NCBI RefSeq assembly: GCF_030144855.1
Contig: NC_082720.1
Coordinates: 23,064,001-23,128,000, forward strand
Direction: 5' to 3'
DNA length: 64,000 nt
From: Hypanus sabinus
Lineage: Eukaryota
Notes under the pieces: generated by a model
The model's input: the letters and a program-made list of their open reading frames with translations, nothing else
What the model was told of the DNA's origin: nothing
The model's database searches: none
Translations under genes and position numbers: made by a program
Shown here: one piece after another, positions 1-11,715 of the stretch
Numbering within the stretch: the first letter of the stretch is position 1
How the letters are laid out: every line of letters starts with the position of its first letter

Positions 1-1880
1 ATTGACAGAAGTTTGTGTGGGGGAACACTTTGTATCTAGTGATCATAATGCCATTAGTTTCGAGGTCATTATGGAAAAGGATAGGTACACTCCTGGGGTT
101 GAGATCCAAAACTGAAGAAATGCCAATTTTGATGGTATCAGAATGAATCTAACAAATGTGGATTGGGACCGGTTGTTTCTCAGCAAAGGTCTATTTGGTA
201 AGTGTGTGGTCTTATTGAAATTTTGAAAGTACAGAGTTTCTATGTCCCTGTCAGAATAAAAGGCAAGGATAACAGGTTTACGTTGGAGGTGCAACACCTC
301 ATATCCTGTCTCAGTAGCATCAAACTTGATGGTATGAACATCTGTTTCTCCAGATTCTAGTAATTTTTCCCTCTCCCTCAGCCCTTTCCTGACCTGCTGA
401 GTTCTGCCAGCATTTTGTGTTGCACAGGTTTAGGGAACATTGGTTTTTGAGAGACATTGAGGCCCCATTTAAAAATTAGAAGGAGGTGTATAGCAGGCAG
501 GAACAAATGAGGTACTTCAGGAGTCTAAGGAAGCAAGAGAACAGTGAAGAAGGAATCAGGATGGCTAAGAGAAGACATGAGGTTGCTCTTGGGCAAGGTG
601 AAGAAGAATCCTCAGGACAGAGGTAAAGAACAAAAGGATAACAAGAGAAGAAATTGATCCTCTGGAAGATCACAGTGGTAATCTATGTGTGGAGCCAAAA
701 GAAATTTCACAACATATGCCAGTGATATTAATCCTGATTCTGGTCAGGAATATCTTAAAAGGATTTTTGGTGTGCGTATTTACTTGGTGGATGGACACAG
801 ATTGTATAAATGTGAGGAAATGCAGTCATGAAGAAATGGACCTTATACAGATTACAGAGGAGGAGGTGCTTGTACTTTGAGGCAAATTAGAGTGGATAAA
901 TCCCCAGAGCCTACAAGGTGTTCCCTCAGACCTTGTAGGAGGCTAATGCAGAAATTGCAGGGACCCTAGCAAAGATACCTAAATCATCCTTAGTTACAAG
1001 TGTGGTGCCAGAGGATTGGAGGATAGCCATTGTTGTTCTGTTGTTTAAGAAAGGCTCTAAGAATAAGACAGGAAATTATATGCCAGTGACCCTGACATCA
1101 GTAGTGGGAAAGTTATTGGAAGGTATTCTAAGGAACCAGATATGTAAGTATTTGGATAGATATGGACAGTTTAGGGATATTTAACATGGCTTTGTGCATG
1201 CTAAGTTATTTCTAACCAAACTATAAGTTTATTGAGAAAATTACCAGATAAATTCAAGAAGTAAGGCAGTGGATATTTTCTACATGGACTTTAGCAAGAC
1301 CTTAAGACAAGGTCTGGCACAGGAGGTTGGTCAAGAATGTTCAGTCACTCAGCATTCAAGATGAGGTAGTAAATTGGATTAAGCACTGGCTTCGTGGAAG
1401 AAGCCTTTGGGTGGTAGTGGATGATGACTTCTCTGACTGGAGATCTGGGACTAGTGTTGTCCTACAGGGATTGGTGCTGTGTCTGCTGTTGTTTGTCATT
1501 TATATCAATGATCTGGATGATAATGTGGTAAACTAGATCAGCAAATTTACAGATGACACCAAGATTGTGGGTGTAGTGGATAGCAAGAAAGGCTATGAAA
1601 GCCTTCAGTGGGATCTGGACCAGCTGGAAAAATGGGTTGAAAAATGGCAGGTGGAATTTAGTGCAGACAAGTGTGTGGTGTTGCACTTTGGAAGACAAAT
1701 CAGGGTTGGTCTTCCATGGTGAGCAGTAGGACACTGAGGAGTGTGGTAAAGCAAAAGGGAATGGGAATGCAGATCCATTATTCCCTAAAAGTGGTGTTAC
1801 AGGTAGATAAGTTTTGGCACATTGGCCTTCATAAATCAATGTAATGTCTACAGGAGTTGGGATGATATATTGAAATTGCA
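1..1880 (+). mobile_element. Decayed CR1 LINE fragment (endonuclease end to RT), with a Penelope-tail insert at ~284-430
   Basis: ORF fragments VPEDWRIAIVVLLFKKGSKNKTGNYMPVTLTSVVGK and SVVLQGLVLCLLLFVIYINDLDD (CR1 RT motifs, frameshifted); insert flanked by caggttta repeats. Confidence 0.85.
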
Positions 1881-1899
1881 GTGTGTGTGTTGGGACCAC

Positions 1900-2885
1900 T
1901 TTTTTATGCTGTATATGTTATTTAGATGATGGAATAGATGGCTTTGTTGCCGAGTTTGCAGATGATAAGAAGATCGGTGAAGAGGCAGGTAGTGTCTGGG
2001 AAACAGGTAGGATGCAGTAAAACTTTGACAGATTAGGAGAATGGGTAAGAAAGTGGCAAATGAAGCACAATGTTGGAAAATGCATGGTCATGCACTTTGG
2101 TAGTTGAAATAAATGTGCAGACTATTTTCTAAACAGAGAAAATCCAAAAATCTGAGATGCAAAGGAACTTGGGAGTCCTTGTGCAGAACACCTGAAAGGT
2201 TAACTTGCAGGTCGAGTCAGTGGTGAGGAAGGCAAATGCCATGTTAGCATTCATTTCAAAAGGTCTAGAATATAAAAGCAGTGATGTGATGCTGAGGCTT
2301 TTTAAGGCACTGGTGAGGCCTCACCTTGAGTATTGTGAACAGTTTTGGGCTTCTCATCTCAGAGAAGATGTGCTGGCATTGGAGAGAGTCCTGAGGAAGT
2401 TCACAAGGATGATTCCAGGAATGAAAGTGTTATCATACAAGGAATATTTGATGGCTCTGGGTCTATATTCGCTGGAATTCAGGACAATGAGGGATCTTAT
2501 TGAAACCTTTTGAATATTGAAAGGCCTAGACTGAGTAGCTGTGTAAAACATGTTTCCAATGGCAGGAGTGTCTAGGACAAGAGGCCGAAGCCTCAGGATC
2601 AAGGGGTGCCCTTTCAAAACAGAGATGCAGAAAAAAATTCTTTAGCCAAAGGGTGGTGAATTTGTGCAACTTCTTGCCACATGCAGCTCTGGAGGCCAGG
2701 TCGTTGGATGTATTTAAGGCAGAGATTGATAGGTTCTTGACTGGATATGGCATCAAAGGTTATGGAGAGAAGGCCAGGAACTGGGTTGAGGAGGAGACAG
2801 GAAAAGGATCAGCCATGATTGAATGGTGGAGTAGACTTCATGGGCCAAATGGCCTTATTCTGCTCCTATGTGTTATGGTCTTATG
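1900..2885 (+). mobile_element. 5'-truncated CR1 3' fragment
   Basis: ORF 2205-2513 MLRLFKALVRPHLEYCEQFWASHL; ttatggtcttatgg tail. Confidence 0.85.
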
Positions 2886-2889
2886 GAAA

Positions 2890-4110
2890 TTGTAAAGGCC
2901 ATTGGTGAGGCTTAGTTTGGAGTATTGCATGCAGTTTAGGTCACCTACTTACAGAAAAGATGTTAATAAGATTGAAAGAATGCACAAAAAAATTACAAGG
3001 ATGTTGAATAGGTTAGGACTTTATTCCCAAGAATCTAGGAGAATGAGGGAAAATTTGATGGCGGTATTACAAAGTTATGAGGGGTATAGATAGGGAAAAT
3101 GCAAGCAGGCTTTTTCCACTGAGGTTGGGTGAGACTACAATGAGAGGTCATGGGTTACAGGTGAAAGGTGAAATGTTTAAGGGAACATGAGGAGGAGCTT
3201 CTTCACTCAAAGTGGTGAGAGTGGGGAACAAGCTGCCAGTGCAAGCGTTGGATGCAGGATCAATTTCACCATTTAAAAGAAATTTGGATAGGTACATGGG
3301 TGGGAGGTGTATGGAGGGCTATGGTGCGGATGCCGGTCAATGGGACTGTAACGTTCTCCTTCGCGTGTAACAAAACGCCGAATTAAACGTCGAGATAAAC
3401 CACAGTTAATAAGAACCAGATCGCAGTAAGATTAACCATTTACTGTTCACTCTTCACATTAACATATGGTGAAAACTGTTGATAAAACAATACAAGATTG
3501 ATACAGTATTTGTTCCTTCCTTAATATCACATTTCAAGTGTAAATACTTGCAAAGGTGACTATAACTACATTACACTAAGGTGCAGTATACAGGGAGAGT
3601 TTACCTGCTCCATTGACTACTTTAAATACACTTCCATGCAAACTATCCGCGACTCTTTAACTAACGAAAGCATAAACATTATCTACCGTTGTTACTTCTA
3701 ACAGGATCGGCATTAACATCTTAGTTCAATATATCGATTATCTATTAACTTACAGCGTTGCTCTCACTGTGATTTCTCATGCCTGCAAAACAACTTCTGC
3801 TCGGGTCTGCCTCGTGGTGAGCCCCCACCCTCGCGCTAATTTCAAACCGGTATTTTCCCACAAGACGCGGCGAAACCGGATGTGACGTCATCGCATGCCG
3901 ATATATTTTACATGCAATGAATATACTTTAAACACTTCTAATTCTAACTAGAAAATACTATCGAATGAATTAATAAGCGGAAATATTATAAACTAAATAA
4001 CTGTCGTAAAGACAGCACAGGGACTAGGCTGATTAATATTTTGGCACTGACTTGATGGGCCAAGGAGCCTGTTTCTTTGCTGTAGTGTTCCATAACTCTA
4101 TGACTTGTAA
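2890..4110 (+). mobile_element. CR1 3' end interrupted by a solo LTR
   Basis: LVRLSLEYCMQFRSPTYRKDVNKIER; 3' UTR resumes at 4020 after the LTR. Confidence 0.8.
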
Positions 4111-5632
4111 CATCCTGGAAATTGCTATAAATATGAACTGGAAAGCAGGAAGGAATTCATTAACATTAAATCATTCTGTGAAGACCTTTGTGCTGATCCA
4201 GTTGCTGCATTTGCATTCTCACCTGTTCCACCCTGTTGCCCCCTCATGATGTATCCCTACAGCCTGTCCAGAGGACAGAGGGCATCTTTTCTGTTTCCCA
4301 TCTCACTCAAAGCCTCTCATGCTCCGCCTGCAAGTTGCCCAGCCTTGTTCTCTGGTGTCAGGCTGTCTTTGTAACAAGCTGCAGCAGCTCTGCAACACCA
4401 GCTGCAAGCACAGTGCACCTTCTGCTTTACAATAAATATGAGTGAATGTACCTGATGAGTCTATCTCCTGCTTGACCCAATGATAGATGAGTGTTGACTG
4501 CCTCCAGATAATGGGGATGGGGCAGTGGGGAGAGCAGGTGAGAAGTGGAAAGTGATATTGGTGGTGGTTTGACTGTTTAAAGGTAAGATGTTGGTGAACT
4601 TCCCAGTACCATCATCTCCAGACATGGTTTGTTATGAAGACACAATGAAAATATTGAAAGGAGATGTGCCTTTGGATATTTACAAATTTAGCACTTATAG
4701 CTATGGACTGAGTGAAACATTTTGTCAATGTGGTCTAACACTAATGAGATTCATGGAAATATAATGAGGGCTGTGGGTGTCGTGTATGTGTGGAAGGGAT
4801 TCAAGTGGAACCATGAGCTCTTGTACTGAATATTCACGGAAGTGAATCGAGCAACCACCAGGATAGAGAAGGAGTCTGAAAATGTGGAGGCAGGAAGCCA
4901 GCCTACCAAAGGTACAGGGAATGTGGTCTCATTCCCGATCATTTGAAACCATACTGTTATGCAGGATTAAAGTTTGTGTGGTCACCAGTAACATGGGTAC
5001 AAGGGGCAGGCTGTTTTACTGGGGCCCACACTCTGGATGCTTGGAGCTGCAATGGTTACGGGTTGAGTCACATTATAGGGGCTGCTGGTCCCTGCAGAAG
5101 GTAACTGCTGACAAAGACTGTAATTCCTTATTACCATGGCAGCGATCCAGACAAATGTGAGTGGGAGCAGCGATCCCCTCAAAATAGACACTGGGGAAAT
5201 GTAAACAACTTCTATCAACTTGCTGATAATTGGGATAAGAATAATTAGTTGGATTGGATTTGTCCTGCTTTGTCTTGACAAGACATATTTAGGCAATTAT
5301 CCACATCATTAGGTGGGGGTCAGAGTTGTAAATGCTGGAGCAGACCAGAGGGAGGAGTGTTTAGTTCTGGAGTGGACTTTTGTAGTGTAATGGGAATGGT
5401 ATCCAGTCCTTTGTGACACTCAAAGCCATTTCTTGATGTCAGGTAAATTGGGCGAAGAGTGAGGTGAAAAAAGGTGGTTGTGCCCATGAGGTCAGGGCCT
5501 AGGACAGATGGAGCTTGATGACAATCCATCTGAGAAGGAATGAAGAGCTTGGGCCGAAAGCTGAATGAAGAATCTCAATGTGACGCCTTCCTGGGAAGAG
5601 GTCAGCAGAATCCAGGCAGTGCGTCCAGAATT
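3261..5632 (+). repeat. Segmental duplication copy 1 (pairs with 52506-54197)
   Basis: Long collinear near-identity across several repeat junctions, except the 673-bp LTR. Confidence 0.9.
3347..4019 (-). mobile_element. Solo LTR (673 bp) with 5-bp TSD GGGAC
   Basis: TGT...ACA ends; GGGAC at 3342-3346 and 4020-4024; the empty site (caatgagactagg) is seen in the duplicate copy near 52580. Confidence 0.9.
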
Positions 5633-5640
5633 GACTGGGT
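4700..5640 (-). mobile_element. Heavily decayed L2/CR1-type RT fragment
   Basis: Frame-mixed minus-strand motifs KQDKSNPTNY, IISKLIEVV and TIAAPSIQSVGP resemble DKSNPANYRPISLLSIISK and VPQGSVLGP. Confidence 0.5.
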
Positions 5641-6067
5641 TGACAAACCAAATTTCGACAGCCAGTGCAGAGCAGGCTGGAGTTAAAACAGAAAATGGTG
5701 GAATCACCCTCTTTGGGTCTCTTGGTCTCTCTCTCACTCTCTACTTCACCCTCGGTTCCCTTCACGTACCAAACATTGAAATGTCACACAAAGTGAGAGG
5801 ACTCAACCAGACCAGCGATCCAGCAGTTCAAACAGCCAGCTGGATACTTGACAACTTGCCCATTTGTGTTTCTGATGGACATTTCAGACACGAACTTCTG
5901 TTGATGTAGCGTCACATCTGTGATCGGAAGAAGTGTTTTATCCCCAAAACCGGGAACTGAAAGTAACATTGAAAGAAATCCGTGCGCGTTTAGACATTGA
6001 TGGTAACGCCACGGAGGAGCCGAATGTTTGATAAGACTTACCGGGGTGTCGGTGAACAACACGCGTC

Positions 6068-7260
6068 TTTTTTTTTTGTTTGTTTGTTTTTCTTTTCACT
6101 TTTTAAAATTTTTTTATTGAACACAAACAAAAACAGAAACACTAAACATATGCTAACAAAGCCAGGGAATCACACTTAAGGAGCAACAAATATAACTGTT
6201 AACTTTAAATAAACAAATAAACAAGAAAATCCACTCCAAATACTGTTGGACAGAAGGAACTATATCTAAAAGGAGTCACAAAACAGAAACATTTACAGAA
6301 ATAACCTGAAACGTTGACAGACTTGTACAGTATTTACAGCTTTCTCGTTATGGGAAGTTTTCAGAGAATTAACGTACAGTTTGAAGTCTGACGTAAAAAT
6401 ATAAATGAAGGTTTTTTTATTGCTGTATTTGCATTTATGGATATAAAATTTGCTGTACATTAACAAAAGATTTATGATAAAGAAATGATCCCTATGAGAT
6501 TTGGTATTAGTAAACCCAAATAAGACATTTTCAAAGCAAAAAGTAAAATCCACATTAATATATTGATCTATAAATTGACAAACATCAACCCAAAACGTTT
6601 TAACATATTCACAATCCCAAAACAGATTAAATAAATCCTCTGGATATAAACCACAAAAAGAACAGTTAGTTTCAATATCAGAATTAAACCTTGTCTAATA
6701 TACATTGGTTGGATAATAACCTATGTATAATTTTAAATGAAATTTCTTTAATTTTATTCCTCAATAAAAATTTATTAAATAAGCCCCAAATACTCTTCCA
6801 CCTCAGAATCCCCAAGCGACTATTCCAAAAACTAACAGCCTTAGGAATAGAAGTAATGTCTTTTTGAAACAAACTTCTAATACCTCTATTATTTTTTTAA
6901 AAGACGGATCGGTGGATTGAATTTTTGTCTTTTATGTAATTAAAAATTAGACAAAGCCCCTCTCCATTTATCTCAGTATTCATAAACAGATGTTTTGATC
7001 TTGGTCTTAGATTTACAAACAGAATTTTTCTGCACAGTTCCTTTATCTTAAATAACCACAACAAAACTTATAAGAATGAATCTTTGCTTTATAAAGATTG
7101 GTTTGATAATATTTTCAGGCGGTACTTTATTGAGATATACTGAGTTTTTACACGCCTTTGAATTTCCTGTGACTCCAAAAGAATTTGCTGTTGTTATGGA
7201 TGCAATTCCCTCTGGTGTAATAATGTTGTTTAGAAATACATCACATTTGGTACAGAGCTG
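6068..7260 (-). mobile_element. 5'-truncated L1/Tx1-clade ORF2 3' end with inverted 5' segment (~6900-7260 on +)
   Basis: Poly-T at 6068-6077 and AATAAA (minus) at 6113-6118; minus-strand NNRGIRSLFQ..NKIKEISFKIIHR..INLLLMYSKFYIHKCK; plus-strand GGLNF..HKQM..YKQNFS..EFPVTPKEFAVVMDAIPSGVIMLFR. Confidence 0.85.
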
Positions 7261-7269
7261 TGTTACCTT

Positions 7270-7345
7270 TAGCTGATGCCGCGCTGTTTATAATTTCCAA
7301 CTTCTTTTCAAGTGTTAAAGCGGTTCTCTACCGCTCGGCTGATGG
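7270..7345 (-). mobile_element. pogo/Tigger (CENP-B N-terminal HTH)-like transposase remnant
   Basis: Minus frame reads ER*RTALTLEKKLEIINSAAS, resembling the KRKxLTLEEKLEII start of Tigger-type proteins; in-frame stop; no continuation found. Confidence 0.5.
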
Positions 7346-8270
7346 CCCTGGAAGGACATGACGTCGGACGCATAGTTAAATATTTCAAGCACAAAATCAC
7401 TGCACCATAGATAAAACCATCAAAAGTTTAAGAGCGCAAGATCGGACAATCACTCCTTGCCAAAACCAATGCGAGACTGGCGGGAGTGAGATTGTGAGGC
7501 GCGCGCACCTAACTTTATTGGCGGGAAAGCGGCGCTTCTCGTCCCTGCAGCGAGACGGCGAGGCATGCGCACGTGACGTATTGGCGGGAAACCGGTGCTT
7601 CTCGCATAACTGTGAGTTTTGGACGCATATAAAAAGACGCTGGTAGAAATGGGCCCATCGCATAACTCTGAATTCGCATAGTCCGAAGACGCATATAAGA
7701 ATGTAGTTGAATTTCCCAACTTCGATCCATCCTGTATAAGCTACGTCTTTTTAAAAAAAACAACACCCATCTTCCTGTGGAAGGAACTCTTGTCCACGAC
7801 AAGCCGGAAGCAACAGTTTAACTCGCAGCCACGGCATCTGGTGCAGCGACACGGAGAGCGGCCGCCACAGTGTCCGGCGCGATGGCTCTTACTGGCTCCG
7901 TGGCTCATTTGCCAATAGTGTTTCTTCTGTTAGGTACGTTTCTGAAAGTAGGAATTGAATTATCTTGTTCAAACTTCTTATTACAATTTCATGGAATGTA
8001 GTAATTGAGGTGGAGCTAGTGTGTGAATGAGGGACCCGGGAGGGGCACAGCCGAGACCCTGAGTGATGCCCGGCGCTGCCGGTTGTTGAAGATTGGGTGG
8101 GAGGTGAGCTGACGGGGCGAGTGAACTTGGAGGACCGACCAGTGTTCATCTGAATAGACCGTGGAACAAGATCAAAGCACCGAATTTCCCTTGGTCATTA
8201 CGTTGAAGGTTTGGTAGCACAGTAGTATGTGAGTGGGTGAATGAACCAGAGGCTGGATCTGTGATCAAAG

Positions 8271-8337
8271 ATGTTGGTTCGATTCCCTCCGAGCAGTTTT
8301 GGGATTTTCCGTAATATTCCTCATATGCCGCCAACAG
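8271..8337 (+). CDS. Candidate leader exon of TIM-family gene (MLVRFPPSSFGIFRNIPHMPPT-G)
   Basis: ATG at 8271; donor CAG|GTAACA; phase 1 matches the IgV exon; but the peptide is poorly hydrophobic. Confidence 0.4.
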
Positions 8338-8441
8338 GTAACATGGATCACATTCCCGTTGCTAGGACAGGTTTTTAAACTGTGGATTCTCCCACTCTCA
8401 TTCAGCGCCATCTGTAACTTTCTTTCCCTGGATTGTTTCAG

Positions 8442-8789
8442 GTCGAGTCGCCTTCGTCTCTGGAACAGAAGTGCGAGGAGTCACGGGACAGTCGATCACA
8501 CTGCCGTGCCGCTATTGTGTCGGAAAATATGGAAAAAGTGAGATGTGCTGGGCCTGGGGACAGTGTGGTGTTATGAACTGTGGAGATGAGCTGATTGGAA
8601 CAAATGGAGACAGAGTAACTTCTGTAACATCCCAGAGATATAGTCTTGGTGGTAGAATTGCGGCAGGAGATGTGTCGCTCACTATAAATGATCTACGGAG
8701 AGAAGATAGCGGCTGGTATTGCTGCCGTGTGGAGATTCCGGGATGGTTTAATGATCTGAAAACGAATTTGAATCTCCGGGTTCCGGACG
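8442..8789 (+). CDS. IgV exon of a TIM-family receptor (HAVCR1/TIMD4-like, T-cell immunoglobulin and mucin domain protein); paralogue not distinguishable
   Basis: Acceptor tgtttcag, donor G|GTAAGC, phase 1-1, 348 nt. Encodes ITLPC..MCWAWGQCGVMNC..GDVSLTI..DSGWYCCRVEIPGWFNDLK: the TIM non-canonical cysteines plus the WFND FG-loop motif. Confidence 0.95.
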
Positions 8790-8939
8790 GTAAGCAGCTC
8801 AATGTTACACGATTGAGTTGTCCATTGGGCATTCCTGGCTGTTCCACCATTCACTCCGAATGTGATTGATCATCTACCTCAGCGCCATTTCCACCACTGT
8901 CCTGTATCTTTAGACTCCATGTCCAGACATCTACCAATC

Positions 8940-9605
8940 TGTGTTTTGTACAAATACAAAGAATGGGCATCGACAGCCTAAAGCTTCACCACCACAGAAA
9001 GATCTTCTCATGCTGGGCCCTTATAAGACACTAGTCAGGCCGCACATAGAGTATTGTCTACAGTTTTGGGCCCCATATCTCAGAAAGGATGTGTTGTCAT
9101 TGGAGAGATTTCAGAAGGTGTTCACCGGGATGATTATGGGATTCAATGGGTTAACATGTGAGAGCATTTGGCAGCTTTGTGCCTGTACTCACTGGAATTT
9201 AGAAAAATGTAGGAAGACATCATTGAAACCTACAGAATGTTGAAAGGACTAGATAGGGTGGAAGTGGAGCCAATGTTTCCTATGGTGGGGGTGTCCAGAA
9301 CTATCGGACACAGCCAGAAGTTTTGGGGGCGACCCTTTAGAACAGAGGTAAGGAGGAATGTTTTTTAGCCAGAGAGCAGTAAATCTGTGGAATGCTCTGC
9401 CACAAACTGCAGTGGAGGCCAAGTCTGGGTGTAAGTTTAAGGCGGAAGTTGATTGTTTCCTCATCGGTCAGGGCATCAAAGTATACGGCGAGCAGGCAGG
9501 TGTATAGGATTGAGTGGTAACCGGGATCAGCCATGATAGAATAGTAAAGTAGACTCAATGGGCTGAATGGCCTATTTCTGATCCTACATCTAATGGTCTT
9601 ATGGT
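8940..9605 (+). mobile_element. CR1 3' fragment
   Basis: YKTLVRPHIEYCLQFWAPYLRKDV; taatggtcttatgg tail. Confidence 0.85.
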
Positions 9606-10203
9606 ACGTACAGTTCTGATGAAAGGTATTGCTCCAAGCCATCAACTCTTTTCCATAGATGCTGCCTGGCCTGCGGAGTACCTCCAGCATTTTGTGTGCG
9701 CTGTTTGTATTTCCAGCATCAGCAGATTTTCTCTTGTTTCTCATGTAAGTTCTGGCTGGACTGTCTCAAGTTTGAGGTTCCTCAGGCGGGGAAAGCACCC
9801 TCCTTACATTTTTTCTCCCCAAGTTCTTGAAGGGTTTTGTATGTTTTGTTGAAGCTGAAGAAAGTAAAATGTCAGTCTACTCAATACCTTCTCATTTAGA
9901 AAACCTACCAATCCTGAATTATTATTGCACTCTGCCTGTGGCAAGTACGTCCTTGCTTGTATAAGAGGTCAAAACTGTCCAATATACTACTCGGTGATTT
10001 TGCCAAGCCATTTTACAAGTACAGCAAGACATGCTCATTGCTGTATTTAAATTCTCTTGTAAATGATAATCTACCATTTGCACCTACATCAGACCTTGAT
10101 CTCTATAAACTTTAACATTACCTAAGCACTCTCCATTTAATAACTAATTCACTTTTCTATTAATCGCACCAAAATGGATAAGCTTTAAATTTTTTCACAT
10201 TGT

Positions 10204-11715
10204 AGAAACATGGAAACATAGAAAACCTACAGCACAATAGAGGCCCTTCAGCCCGCAAACTGCTGAGGATGTCCTTACCTTAGATATTACCTAGCTTTAC
10301 CCATAGCCCTCTATTTTCCTAAGTTCAATGTACCTATCCAGGAGTCTCTCAAAAGATCCTATTGTATCTGCCTCCACCACTGACACCGGCAGCCCATTCC
10401 ACACACTCAGTACTTTCTGCATGAAAAACCTACCCCTGACATCTCCTCTGTACCTACTTCCAAGCACTTTGAAACTGTGCCCTCTCTTGCTAGCCAGTTC
10501 AGTCCTGGGAAAAAATCTTTGACTATCAACATGCCTCTCATCATGTTATACACCCCTATCAGATCACCTCTCATCCTTCGTTGCTCCAAGGAGAAAAGGA
10601 CGAGTTCAATCAACCTATTCTCATAAGTCATGTTCCCCAATACAGGCAACATCCTTACAAATCTCTTTTGCACCTTCTCTATGGTTTCCACATCCTTCCT
10701 GTAGTGAGGCAACCAGAAATGAGTACAGTACTCCAAGTGGGGTCTGACCAGGGTCCTATATAGCTGCAACATTACCTCTCAGCTCCTAAACTCAATCCCA
10801 CAATTGATTAAGGCTAATGCACCATATGCCTTCTTTACCGCAGAGTTAACCTGCATAGCAGTTTTGAGTGTCCTGTGGACCACAAGATCCCTCTGATCCT
10901 CCACACTTCCAAGAGTCTTACCATTAATATTATATTCTGCCATCATCTTTGACCTACCAAAGTGAACAACCTCACACTTATCTGGGTTGGACTCCATCTG
11001 TCACTCCTCAGCCCAGTTTTGTATCCTATCGATGTACCATTGTAGCCTCTGATGGCCCTCCACACTATCCACAACACCCTGAACTTTGTGTATTCAGCAA
11101 ATTTACTAACTCAACCCTCCACTTCCTCATCCAGGTCATTCATAAAAATCACAGAGTCCCAGAACAGATCCCTGAGGCACACCTCCGCTCACCAGCCTCC
11201 ATGCAGAATATGACCTGTCTACAACCACTCTTTACCTTCTGTGGGCAAGCCAGTTCAGGATCCCATGCCTCCTTACTTTCTCAATAAGCTTTGCATGGGG
11301 TACCTTATCAAATGCCTTGCTAAAATCCATATACACTACATCTACAGCTCTACTTTAATCAATTTGCTTAGTCACATCCTCAAAAAATTTAATCAGGCTT
11401 GTAAGGCACGACCTGCCTTTGAAAAAAGCCGTACTGACTATTCCTAATCATATTATCCCTTTGCAAATGTTCATAAATCCTGCCTGTCAGGATCTTTTCC
11501 ATCAACTTACCAACCACTGAAGTAAGACTCACTGGCCTATAATTTCCTGGGATATCTCTACTCCTTTTCTTGACTAAGGAAACAACATCCGCAGTCCTCC
11601 AATCCTCCAGAACCTCTCCAGTACCTCTGCTATTTCCTCCAGTTCCATACACACTTTTCCATTGTCACACTTGATGAGTCGTATTGTCTCACGTCTTATC
11701 CTCGTGCTCTTCAAG
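10204..11715 (-). mobile_element. CR1 fragments (RT to 3' end)
   Basis: Minus ORFs MLQLYRTLVRPHLEYC and EDWRTADVVSLVKKRSRDIPGNYRPVSLTSVVGK. Confidence 0.85.

Larger units (their letters stand above)
7330..8790. promoter_or_regulatory. CpG-rich island; putative promoter region with E2F, CCAAT, E-box and CRE motifs
   Basis: Visibly high CpG density versus the rest of the window; TTGGCGGGAAA at 7518-7528 and 7581-7591; CCAAT 7466-7470; CACGTGACGT near 7570-7579. Confidence 0.6.

Noticed and set aside
8512-8850. 112-aa minus-strand ORF
   Set aside because: Antisense shadow of the IgV exon
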